Below, in pieces: positions 9,340-17,957 of a stretch of 64,000 bases of DNA. The number at the start of each line of letters is the position of its first letter. Positions within the stretch are counted from its first letter, which is position 1. A program made the position numbers and the translations under genes. Where the stretch lies: assembly GCA_945876185.1 (NCBI GenBank), contig CAMCMZ010000002.1, positions 92,203-156,202 of the forward strand. The letters run 5' to 3'. Source of the DNA: Candidatus Kuenenia stuttgartensis (GTDB taxonomy: Bacteria > Planctomycetota > UBA11346). A model generated the notes under the pieces. That model searched no databases. It was given only the letters and a program-made list of their open reading frames with translations, and was not told where the DNA came from.

Positions 9340-10776
9340 TCAGCCAGCGACCTGCACGGCGCGGCGGCGATAGAGGAACTCGAAGAGGTTGCCTTCATGG
9401 GGCTGATCCCAGTGGACGTGACTGGTCGGCATCGCGCCGAGATTCAAACGATGGATGAGCGGCGAGGCCAGCAACGCGCGGCGCCAGGCGGGATCGTCAC
9501 CGATGGCCGAGACCACCAGCGAAGGCCCGATGAGGTCGAGCATGCGGCTCTGCGGCACCTCCACCACAGACGTATACGGGAAGAGGAACTCGCGGTTGGC
9601 GAGTGGATGGTCGAAGCTTCCACAAGCGACCACGGTGGGCAGCAGGTAGGTGCGGCCGTCGTGGACGACCAGGCGCGGACCGGCGCGCAGCTTGGCGCTG
9701 TGGTCGACCGCGCCGGGTTCCTTGAGCCCCTGATCGATGCTGGCCGAGATCGATTCCGCCATCGCCGGGTTGGCGAAGCCGGCGAGACCGGCGCCGGCAT
9801 CGTCGGCCGAGCGCGGAACGATCGTCGCCAGACGTTCGGCCAGGGCAGCGGCGATGGCAGCGCCGTTGCGCGGGACCACGATCGCCGAGGCGTTGACGCA
9901 CGAGCGTCCGCCATTGGCGGCGACGGAATCCGCCAGGACGGGGATCAGTTCCTGCCAACGGTCGATGTGCGTCTCGCCAATAAGCACCTTGCTGTAGCCG
10001 GGGCCGTGGACTTCCACGCGCGGATCGCTGGCCCAGCGCTTGGTGATGCTGGCGTCGCCGAACAGCAGCGAGCGACCGCAGCCGGCGAGCACGGTGTGGG
10101 CGCCGTCGTGGCCGGTCGGGTAATAGCCGAACGCCTTGGCCGGGACGCCTCCCGCGATCAGCGCCTGGATGATGCGCCAGGGTGTCCACGGATCGTCGCG
10201 ACCGGGCTTCAGGATCACCGGCACCTTGAGGGCGAGCGCGGGGATCCACAGGGAATTCACGCCAGGCGAGTTCGACGGCAGCACCACGCCCAGGGCGTCG
10301 GCGGTGCGGTAATAGCTGACCGGCACGCCGGACTGGGTGCCCAGGCCGGCATCGATCACGGCGGGATCCAACCCGCGCGTCAAGCCGCGCAGGATCTCGT
10401 CCATGTTGTTCAGGACATAGGCGATCTTGCCCATGTTGTTGCGCACCAAGGCGTGCGGCAGACCGGTGCTGGCCGAGGCCTGACGCACGTAGTCCTCGGG
10501 CGCTTGCTGGTCGCCGGCGTCGCCCACCGGCAGGGTGCCGTGCTGGTAGAGTTCACCCGCCTTGCGGCACATGGCGAACAACTGCGCCGTCGGGATGTCC
10601 TGCAGGGCCGCGACGGCGCCCGACAGATTGAGCAGATCGCGGCGGATCAGGCCGGAGTTGACCTGGCTGACTACGGCCCCGGCCGTGGTCGCGGTGTCCT
10701 GGCTGCGGTAAGCAGTGCCGAAGCGCAGGGCGGGGATGTGAATGCGGGGCCCCTCTGGGGTGTCGTGTGTAGCCAT
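9340..10776 (-). CDS. Aldehyde-dehydrogenase-fold acyl reductase (GriD/EhpG/LuxC-like)
   Basis: VLPSNSPGV, LKPGRDDPWT, HGPGYSK replacing ELGGK, catalytic Cys in NGGRSCVNAS. Confidence 0.75.
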   Translation of the reverse strand: MATHDTPEGPRIHIPALRFGTAYRSQDTATTAGAVVSQVNSGLIRRDLLNLSGAVAALQDIPTAQLFAMCRKAGELYQHGTLPVGDAGDQQAPEDYVRQASASTGLPHALVRNNMGKIAYVLNNMDEILRGLTRGLDPAVIDAGLGTQSGVPVSYYRTADALGVVLPSNSPGVNSLWIPALALKVPVILKPGRDDPWTPWRIIQALIAGGVPAKAFGYYPTGHDGAHTVLAGCGRSLLFGDASITKRWASDPRVEVHGPGYSKVLIGETHIDRWQELIPVLADSVAANGGRSCVNASAIVVPRNGAAIAAALAERLATIVPRSADDAGAGLAGFANPAMAESISASIDQGLKEPGAVDHSAKLRAGPRLVVHDGRTYLLPTVVACGSFDHPLANREFLFPYTSVVEVPQSRMLDLIGPSLVVSAIGDDPAWRRALLASPLIHRLNLGAMPTSHVHWDQPHEGNLFEFLYRRRAVQVAG

Positions 10777-10779
10777 GAT

Positions 10780-11901
10780 TCAGTACACGCCTTCGATGAT
10801 CTTGCCGCTCTGGGCCCCGAACGGCCGCACGTCGGCGACACCATCCCAGGGATAACAGACGTAGGGTTCGCGGCGCTGGGCCTCGTCGCGCTCCAACAGA
10901 CGCGGCATGAAGAACTCCTTGGTGAAGGTCGACAGCTCGACCCGGCCCCAACCCCCGACGGCGACGTCCTTGGTCGAATCAGCGGGGTCGACCACGCGCA
11001 GCACGGCGCGCGGTTGCGGCGCGTGGTAGACCACGCTCCAGCCGCCCTTGGCCGAGACTGGCTCGCTACAGGCCAGACCCATCAGGGTGTTGCCATAGGT
11101 CGGCACGAACTGGGCTTTGCCTTCCAGCACTTCCTCGGCCAGGAAGCGCACCACTTGCGGCGTCATTGAGGTGCCGCCGCAGAACACGCCCTTGATGCCG
11201 AGGCCGACCAGCGAGGTGCGCTCGGCCATGGCTTCCAGGATCTTCGGGGTGGTGAACAGGCAGTTGATGCCCTGGCGGTGGCGCAGGATGGTGATCGCCT
11301 GGTCGACGACGTGCTCTTTGTAGGCCTCGGCCTGGGCGTAGTCGCCCTTGCCGATGCAGCGCTTCACCCAGCGCGGGTCGAGGTCGAGGTGATAGCAGCA
11401 GCCGCCGCGCACGTTGGCGAGGTGCTCGATCGCCAGGCGCAGCCGGCGCGGGCCGGTCGGACCGGCCATCAGCCAGTCGGAACCCTTGGGGAAGTACTTC
11501 TCTTCGATGGTGTTCGAGAATTCCGAGTAGTCGTGGTCGTGGTCGGTCCACGAGATGCGCTGCTTCGGCATGCCGGTGGTACCACCGGTCTCGAAGATCT
11601 TGAACGGCTTGCCGGCGTAGGCCTTGGGCACCCAGCGCTTGGGCTGTTCGTCGCGCAGCCATTCGTCGTTGAAGTTGGGGAAGCGCAGGATGTCGGCGAA
11701 GCCTTTGACCTCCTTCGCCGGATCCCAGCCCGCCTGCTTGGCCCAGTCGAGCCAGAACGGGCTGCCGGTCGCCGGCGAGAAGTGCCACTTCACGATCGCG
11801 CGCACGTGCGCGTCGAGCTTATTCTTCGCCTCGGCGACGGCGTCGGCCTTTGCTGAAGATTTTGCGGCGGAGGACTTGGCGGTTTTGGCGGACGAGGTCA
11901 T
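10780..11901 (-). CDS. EhpF/GriC-like aryl-carboxylate adenylating enzyme
   Basis: WHFSPATGSPFWL, ETGGTTGMPK, GPTGP, DLDPRWVKR, C-terminal IIEGVY, all motifs recalled from EhpF-type proteins. Confidence 0.75.
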   Translation of the reverse strand: MTSSAKTAKSSAAKSSAKADAVAEAKNKLDAHVRAIVKWHFSPATGSPFWLDWAKQAGWDPAKEVKGFADILRFPNFNDEWLRDEQPKRWVPKAYAGKPFKIFETGGTTGMPKQRISWTDHDHDYSEFSNTIEEKYFPKGSDWLMAGPTGPRRLRLAIEHLANVRGGCCYHLDLDPRWVKRCIGKGDYAQAEAYKEHVVDQAITILRHRQGINCLFTTPKILEAMAERTSLVGLGIKGVFCGGTSMTPQVVRFLAEEVLEGKAQFVPTYGNTLMGLACSEPVSAKGGWSVVYHAPQPRAVLRVVDPADSTKDVAVGGWGRVELSTFTKEFFMPRLLERDEAQRREPYVCYPWDGVADVRPFGAQSGKIIEGVY

Positions 11902-13550
11902 GGGGTGACAGCTCCGGTGTTGGCGTTCTTGGGGGGGAAGTACTTGTCGATGATTGCCTGCGGCGGCGGCCGGCTGATCAGCGACCCGACGACCATCAGG
12001 ACGGCTCCGATGAGGACCATCGGCATGACCGGCAGGAAGCCATAGATGGTCACCCCGCCACGGCCGCGCAGGAATAGTTCACCCAGGTCAGCGAAGATCG
12101 GCACATAGGGCACGCCGGGCTTGAGGGTCTTGATCAGCGGTTCGCTGTAGTTGTGCAGCCACCACACCCCGATCATCGCGATCACTACCCAGATCACCGC
12201 GAGCCAGGCGCCAAGGGCGGTCGATCGCTTCCAGAACATCGCGCCGAGCATGACCGGCGCGAGCGCGGCGAAGCCCGAGAACGCGAAGCGGATGGCGAGT
12301 TCGAAGATGCCTTCCTGCTTCTTGAGGGCGACCGCGATGAGGTAGGCGACGAGGCAGATGACCACGATGAAGATGCGGCCGGTCCAGATCTGGACCTTGT
12401 CGCCAAAGCGCTTCTGGCCGCCGTAGTGCGCGAATATGTCCTGGGTGAACATGGTGGTCAGGGCCATGATCTGGCTGTCCGACGCCATGACGCAGGCCAT
12501 GATGCCGGCCCCGAGGATGCCGGCCATCCACACGCTGGTGTACTTGGTGAGCAGGTCGGGAATGACGTCGTTGGTCTCGCCCGGCTTCAATCCGGGCAGC
12601 AGGTCGGCCGAGATCAGGCCAAGGTAGACGCAGGGCAGCCAGATCGCGGCGATGCAGAGCGGGTAGAAGATCACGGTCTTCTTGAAGTGGCTGACCTTTT
12701 CCGCGGTGAAGCACATGATCGCGATATGCGGGAACATGATCGCCGACAACGGGATGAACATGTAGCTGAAGAACTCGGCCTGAGGGATGCGATCGCGCGC
12801 GAGCAGTGGGGCGAGGGTCTTGTTGTTGGCGATGCGTTCCATCACCACGTCGAAGCCGCCGATGTTGTGGCTGAGGATGATCACCGCGACGGCGCCCATG
12901 CCGAGGAACAGCACGGTCTGGAAGGTGTTCACCCAGGCCGTGCCACGCATGCCGCCGAAGAACACGTAGCTCATCACGACCAGGGCGACCAGGGCGCCGC
13001 CGAGTTCATAGGGGATCCAGTGCTGGTGCTCCTGCACGGCCTTGCCGTTCCGCATGACCTCGACCAGGACCGCCTTGCCGTCAGCCCCGGTGACCACGCT
13101 GATCGATTCCATCACCTCGCCGCCACCCATCACCCCGATGATGATGTAGGGCACGAGCATGACCGCGGTGACCAGGAAGATCAGGGTGCCCAGCGACGAC
13201 GAACCCCAGCGGTCGCGGAAGTAGCTGACCTGGGTCATGTGGCCGAACTTCTTGCCCAGGCTCCAGAGCCGGGTGCCGATGAAAAATATCGTCAGCGGGA
13301 TGACGATGGCCGAGGCCGAGGCCATCAGGCCGAACACGCCGATGCCGCGTGAATAGGTCAGTCCCGAGCTGCCGAGGATGGCGAACGCGGTCATGTTGGT
13401 ACCGAACAGCGAGAGCAGGAAGACCCACTGCCCGAGCGACCGGCTGGCGACGAAGTAGTCCTCGCTCGAATTCTTGCCCTTGCGGAAGGCGAAGACGCCG
13501 ATGTAGAGGACGATGGCAAGATAGATGAAGACGACGATCGCGGGAATCAC
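11898..13550 (-). CDS. Sodium:solute symporter (SSS family)
   Basis: EDYFVASRSLG, YVFFGGMRGTAWVNTFQ, about 13 TM helices. Confidence 0.9.
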   Translation of the reverse strand: MIPAIVVFIYLAIVLYIGVFAFRKGKNSSEDYFVASRSLGQWVFLLSLFGTNMTAFAILGSSGLTYSRGIGVFGLMASASAIVIPLTIFFIGTRLWSLGKKFGHMTQVSYFRDRWGSSSLGTLIFLVTAVMLVPYIIIGVMGGGEVMESISVVTGADGKAVLVEVMRNGKAVQEHQHWIPYELGGALVALVVMSYVFFGGMRGTAWVNTFQTVLFLGMGAVAVIILSHNIGGFDVVMERIANNKTLAPLLARDRIPQAEFFSYMFIPLSAIMFPHIAIMCFTAEKVSHFKKTVIFYPLCIAAIWLPCVYLGLISADLLPGLKPGETNDVIPDLLTKYTSVWMAGILGAGIMACVMASDSQIMALTTMFTQDIFAHYGGQKRFGDKVQIWTGRIFIVVICLVAYLIAVALKKQEGIFELAIRFAFSGFAALAPVMLGAMFWKRSTALGAWLAVIWVVIAMIGVWWLHNYSEPLIKTLKPGVPYVPIFADLGELFLRGRGGVTIYGFLPVMPMVLIGAVLMVVGSLISRPPPQAIIDKYFPPKNANTGAVTP

Positions 13551-13792
13551 TTGCCGGCTCCTTTGTTTTTAGCGGCGGCGGCAGCTTCTTTTGCTTCGTC
13601 TTCATCGAGGTGCTTCGGCCACATCGTCTTGACCAGCAGCAGCATGGTCAGCGAGGCCGCCACAGCGTAGCAGGCGTGATAGAACAGGCCGATCGGAATC
13701 AGGCCGCCGACCAGGGACCGGTCAGGCCAGTTCCAGAAATCCTGGTGCAAGGCGATCAGCAGCACCACCCAGGCGGTGACGAGGTATTTCAC
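13547..13792 (-). CDS. Small symporter-associated membrane protein (DUF3311-like)
   Basis: LHQDFWNW..LVGGLIPIGLFYH; two TM helices; overlaps the SSS start. Confidence 0.75.
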   Translation of the reverse strand: MKYLVTAWVVLLIALHQDFWNWPDRSLVGGLIPIGLFYHACYAVAASLTMLLLVKTMWPKHLDEDEAKEAAAAAKNKGAGK

Positions 13793-15384
13793 TTGGAACC
13801 TTCAGCCGCGACGGCGTACAGATGGGTGTTGGTGGTGACGAACAACGTCCGATTGGCGTAGATCGGCGAGGCGATGACCGAGGCAGGCAGGGCGGTGACG
13901 CCCAGGACCTGCTTGGTCTTGCCCAGGGCGAGGCAGGTGAAGTTGCCTTTTTCGTCGCCGATGAAGACCTTGCCATCCAACGCATAGGTCGAGGACCAGA
14001 CTTTTTCCTTGAGATCGTGGGTCCAATACGCCTTGCCGGTCAGGGCGTCGACGCAATGGACGGTGCCGGAGAAGTCGGCGACATAGATCAGGTCATCGAC
14101 GATCGACATGGTCGAGATCGAACGACGGATGGCGTCGTACGACCACACCTTGCCGCTGGTGGTGATGTCGCCGGTCTTGGTCGGATCGATGCAGTGCAGG
14201 AGGCCAAGGCCTTCGCCATGTTCGGGATCCTGCCCGACCTGGGCGTAGACCTTGCCCTTGTACAGCACCGGGCTGGCGATGAGTTCGCTGACGCCGTCAT
14301 AGGCGGGATACTTGATCGCCTTGCCGTTGCGGCTCTTGCGGTCGGCGGGATTGCAATCGTACCACCAGATCTTTTTCAGGGTGTCGACGTCACCGATCTT
14401 CGTCGGGACGGGCTCGATGCCATAGCACCAGCCGTCGCCGCCACCGTAGACGAGCTGGTTCTTGCCGTCGAAGCTGCCGTAGGACAGCGACGACCAGAGC
14501 CCATGCAGGATGCGCGGGCCCTGCTGCAGATCGTCCTCGGCGATGAACTTGCCGGTCTTCTTGTCCAGGGCGATGAGCGATGGCGCCTTGGGCGCGGGCA
14601 CGTTGACGTGGGACCAGTCCTGGCCGTTGGAGGTCACGACGTAGATGGTGTCACCAATGATGAGCGGAGACGAGTTCGCCGCGTTGTGATGGAAGACGCC
14701 GAGTTCTTCCATCATGTCAAAGCGCCAGACGATGTCGGCATCGGTCGGGCCGGTCGGGATCGGGCTCGCGTTGGCGCCAACGCCACCAAGGTACTTGGCC
14801 TCGTCCTGGAAACCCTCGTTGCCGCCGGCCAGACCCTTGACGGTCAGGCAGAGCACCTCGCAGCGCGGGGTGACGACGTAGACGTAGTTGCCCTCGACCG
14901 TGGGCGAGCAGGTCATGCCGACGAATTCCCAGTCGTTGACCTTGCCGCTTTCGAGTTTCGGGGTCGCGAGCTGCCACAGCAGCTTGCCGGTCTTCTCGTC
15001 CAGGCAGTAGAGGCAGTTCTTGTCGCCCTTGAACTTGGGATCGCGCGGGGCCTCGTTGTTGGTGCCGACGAAGATCCGCCCACCAGAGACGGTCGGGGTG
15101 CCAAAGGACTGGGATCCCAGCTTGGCGACCCAGCGCAGGCCCTTGGTGGTGGCGGGATCGATGTCCTCTTTGCCGGGAAATGGCTTGCCCGGCTCGAAGG
15201 TCGCCGGCACGCCCTTGGCACCGGGGTGGTACATGTTGCGGCTCGGATTGCCGCCCCACTGGGGCCAGTCGGCTCCGACCTCGGCCAGGGCCGCCGGGCG
15301 GGGCGTGTCAGCGCAGGCCGCCATGCTGATCAGGACGGGGGCGGCGCAGACCAGGGATGTAAGGATGCGGGCGATGGCGTTCAT
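13789..15384 (-). CDS. PQQ-binding-like beta-propeller protein (exported, possible lipoprotein)
   Basis: DWPQWGG..SRNM; repeated CLD.KTGKLLW / ALDKKTGK / CVDALTGKAYW blades; N-terminal ...ISMAAC. Confidence 0.85.
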   Translation of the reverse strand: MNAIARILTSLVCAAPVLISMAACADTPRPAALAEVGADWPQWGGNPSRNMYHPGAKGVPATFEPGKPFPGKEDIDPATTKGLRWVAKLGSQSFGTPTVSGGRIFVGTNNEAPRDPKFKGDKNCLYCLDEKTGKLLWQLATPKLESGKVNDWEFVGMTCSPTVEGNYVYVVTPRCEVLCLTVKGLAGGNEGFQDEAKYLGGVGANASPIPTGPTDADIVWRFDMMEELGVFHHNAANSSPLIIGDTIYVVTSNGQDWSHVNVPAPKAPSLIALDKKTGKFIAEDDLQQGPRILHGLWSSLSYGSFDGKNQLVYGGGDGWCYGIEPVPTKIGDVDTLKKIWWYDCNPADRKSRNGKAIKYPAYDGVSELIASPVLYKGKVYAQVGQDPEHGEGLGLLHCIDPTKTGDITTSGKVWSYDAIRRSISTMSIVDDLIYVADFSGTVHCVDALTGKAYWTHDLKEKVWSSTYALDGKVFIGDEKGNFTCLALGKTKQVLGVTALPASVIASPIYANRTLFVTTNTHLYAVAAEGSK

Positions 15385-17696
15385 GGGGCCTTCTTCGCGG
15401 AAGCGTTCGGGGTGACCGAGATATTGTCGAGGTAGACGCGCTGTTCGGTCGGGCTGAAGCCGAACAAGCCGGGGGATCCCTGGCGATGGGCGACCTGGTG
15501 CGTAGTTTCGATGGTCCAGGCCGCCGGTTCGGCTTCGTCGCGTTTCCAGGCCTTGGCGCGGACGACCCCGCTGCCGTCGGGGTTGAGATCCACCCGGGCG
15601 GTCATGCGATACCACACTCCGGGGGTGACCGTGAACGGCACCGAGGCGCGGATGCGTTCGAGGTTGGAATTGATCTCAAGTTCCTGGGCATTGCCCTTGA
15701 GGATGATCATGTAGCGCTGGTTGATCAGGCCGACCTCGCTCATCTTGCGGCGGTTGCCATCCGTCTTCATGTCGGCCTGGATGGTGTAGTCGGACTGGTC
15801 GGCCAAGCCGATGAACACCGTCGCACGCTGGAAGAGACGGTTGTCGATGGTCTTGGTGAACACCTTGTTGCCGTCGACCTCGGTGACCTCCCACTTGAGG
15901 CGCGCGCCGATCCACGGCAGGGGCGGGTAGGCGAAGACATGGTCGAACTTCACCGGTTTCTTGTCGAACATGTGGGTGTCGCTGAGTTCGTATTGCGAGA
16001 AGTCCTCTTTGATCGGCAGGTTGTTGAGGATGCGGCCGCGCAGGTAGCCGGTGAGGTTGCCGGCGGTGGCCTTGAACATGCCGGCCGACGGGCGTGGCTT
16101 CACCTCGGCGATGATGGTGCCGGGATCGGTCCACGAGGCGTCGAGCAGGCTCTGGATGCGGGCGGTGGGCGGAATGAATTTTTCCCAGGTCACGGGCGCG
16201 CTGGCGTGGTAGTCGACCGGCAGACCATCGGCGTCGACCGCACCCATCTTGACCGCCCGATTTTCACCGGTGCGCAGGATGACCTCGGCGGGAATGGGCT
16301 GCAGTTTGACCGGCGCAGCGGTGGACTTGGGCAGCGTGGCCACCGGTGCCGGGGTGGGGGAGGCGCGCACGGTGCCGAAGCAATAGAGTTTCTCAGTGCT
16401 GTGGATGTAGACGCGGCCGTGGGCGATCGCGGGGGCGCCATTGTTTTCGCCCGCCAGCTTGACCGACGACAGGACCTCTGCCTTGGTGTCCGTGGGCCGG
16501 ACGATCAAGAAAGTGCCATCCTTGATCGGCACATAGAGTTTGCCGTCGCCGTAGGCGATGGACGAATGAAGCTGATCGATGCCGAATTTTTCATGCCAGA
16601 GCTGCTTGCCGGTCTTGGCATCGACCGCGACCAGTTCGGCGGTTTCGGTGGTCAGGTAGATCCGGTCACCGACCACGATGGGCGAACTCGACCAGGCAGC
16701 CAAGCCGGGGTTGCGCCAGACCTCTGCCGAGCGCGGCAGGATCGGGGTCTGACTGACCTCGATATCGGCCGGACCGGCCTTGACCTTCAGGTCGATGGCG
16801 ACCAGCCGGCCGCTTTCGCTGGTGTCGACGTTTTCCTTGGCGTGGATGGCGACCAGGCGATCGTCGCCCAGAAGAAGCACGGAACTGTTGATGCCGCCAT
16901 AGGACAGCGGGAATCGCCACTGCGGTTCCCCGGTGTTGGCGTCGATCGCCACTACGTTGCCGCAGCCGGTGCCAGAGAAGAATACTTCGCGTTTGCCAAG
17001 CTTTCCGAACACCGGCGTGCCCATCGAGTTATCTTTGGGCCGGATGCCGGGGCTTGAGGACCAGATCTGGTCGCCGGTGCGTTTATCATAGGCATAGAAG
17101 CGGTCCTGCACCGGTCCGTGGGCGCCCCAGTTCGAGGTCATGCAGTGCACGATCACCAGATCGCGGTGGATCGACGGCGGTCCGGTGCGGCCGTTGGGGA
17201 AAGTCATGCGGCCGAGTTCTTCCATCAGCGATCGGTGCCAGAGCGCCTTGCCGTCGGCCGTGAACGCCGCGAGCATGCCGGCCGAGGTCTGGACGTAGAC
17301 GTTGCCGGTGTCGCCGTCGATGACCGGCGCACCAATCGAGTAGCGGCTGTAGATGATGTCGCTCAGGAAATCGCTGAAGCCCTGTTCCCAGACGGTCTTG
17401 CCGGTCGCGGCGTCGAGGCAGCGCAGAACCTCGCGCATCATTTGGCCCTCGCCCTGGTAGCCCAGGACGTAGACGCGTTCACCCCGGATGACCGGGGTGC
17501 CGCGGCCCATCAGGGCGACCTCCCACAACTGGCCAGCCCCACCCGGCGTCCACGACCCGGGCAGGTCCTTCTCATCGCTGACCCCGTTCTGATGCGGACC
17601 GCGCCAACCCAGCCAGTCGGCCTCGCTGGCAGCGGTGGGGGTCGCAGCCAGGACGGCAAACATGAGGCAGCCGAACAGGCAAAAACGGGAAATCAT
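15381..17696 (-). CDS. PQQ-binding-like beta-propeller protein with C-terminal ConA-like domain
   Basis: Signal peptide, DWLGWRGPHQNG, multiple CLDAATGKTVWE-type blades, beta-sandwich C-terminus. Confidence 0.85.
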   Translation of the reverse strand: MISRFCLFGCLMFAVLAATPTAASEADWLGWRGPHQNGVSDEKDLPGSWTPGGAGQLWEVALMGRGTPVIRGERVYVLGYQGEGQMMREVLRCLDAATGKTVWEQGFSDFLSDIIYSRYSIGAPVIDGDTGNVYVQTSAGMLAAFTADGKALWHRSLMEELGRMTFPNGRTGPPSIHRDLVIVHCMTSNWGAHGPVQDRFYAYDKRTGDQIWSSSPGIRPKDNSMGTPVFGKLGKREVFFSGTGCGNVVAIDANTGEPQWRFPLSYGGINSSVLLLGDDRLVAIHAKENVDTSESGRLVAIDLKVKAGPADIEVSQTPILPRSAEVWRNPGLAAWSSSPIVVGDRIYLTTETAELVAVDAKTGKQLWHEKFGIDQLHSSIAYGDGKLYVPIKDGTFLIVRPTDTKAEVLSSVKLAGENNGAPAIAHGRVYIHSTEKLYCFGTVRASPTPAPVATLPKSTAAPVKLQPIPAEVILRTGENRAVKMGAVDADGLPVDYHASAPVTWEKFIPPTARIQSLLDASWTDPGTIIAEVKPRPSAGMFKATAGNLTGYLRGRILNNLPIKEDFSQYELSDTHMFDKKPVKFDHVFAYPPLPWIGARLKWEVTEVDGNKVFTKTIDNRLFQRATVFIGLADQSDYTIQADMKTDGNRRKMSEVGLINQRYMIILKGNAQELEINSNLERIRASVPFTVTPGVWYRMTARVDLNPDGSGVVRAKAWKRDEAEPAAWTIETTHQVAHRQGSPGLFGFSPTEQRVYLDNISVTPNASAKKAP

Positions 17697-17957
17697 GGAT
17701 GGTTCTCCGGGACGGATGGTTCAGAGCGCGGGAAGAAGTTGGTTCAGTTCGACGGGGTCGGTTGCGTTTGCACCAGGGCGGAAGGCGGCGGTTCCAGCTA
17801 TGTGGTCCATAGTATTTGACGGTCGGATCCGCGAGGCGTTGGGGGGTAGGGCCGGAACGTTATACATCACCGCACCAGGCGCGAGGCGGAAGGCGGATCA
17901 CCATGGACGGGCGAGGAGACTCGGCGCAATTCGCACGTTTCCTCGAATAAACTCTGT

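Noticed and set aside
7999-11169. 1056-aa plus-strand ORF and other long antisense ORFs (1984-3918, 35992-38388, 48419-50401, 56299-58563)
   Set aside because: These are shadow ORFs opposite well-supported genes in high-GC DNA, with no recognisable motifs.
9340-11901. Bioluminescence luxC/luxE operon
   Set aside because: No luxA/B/D; the motifs fit EhpF/GriC-type aryl acid activation better.
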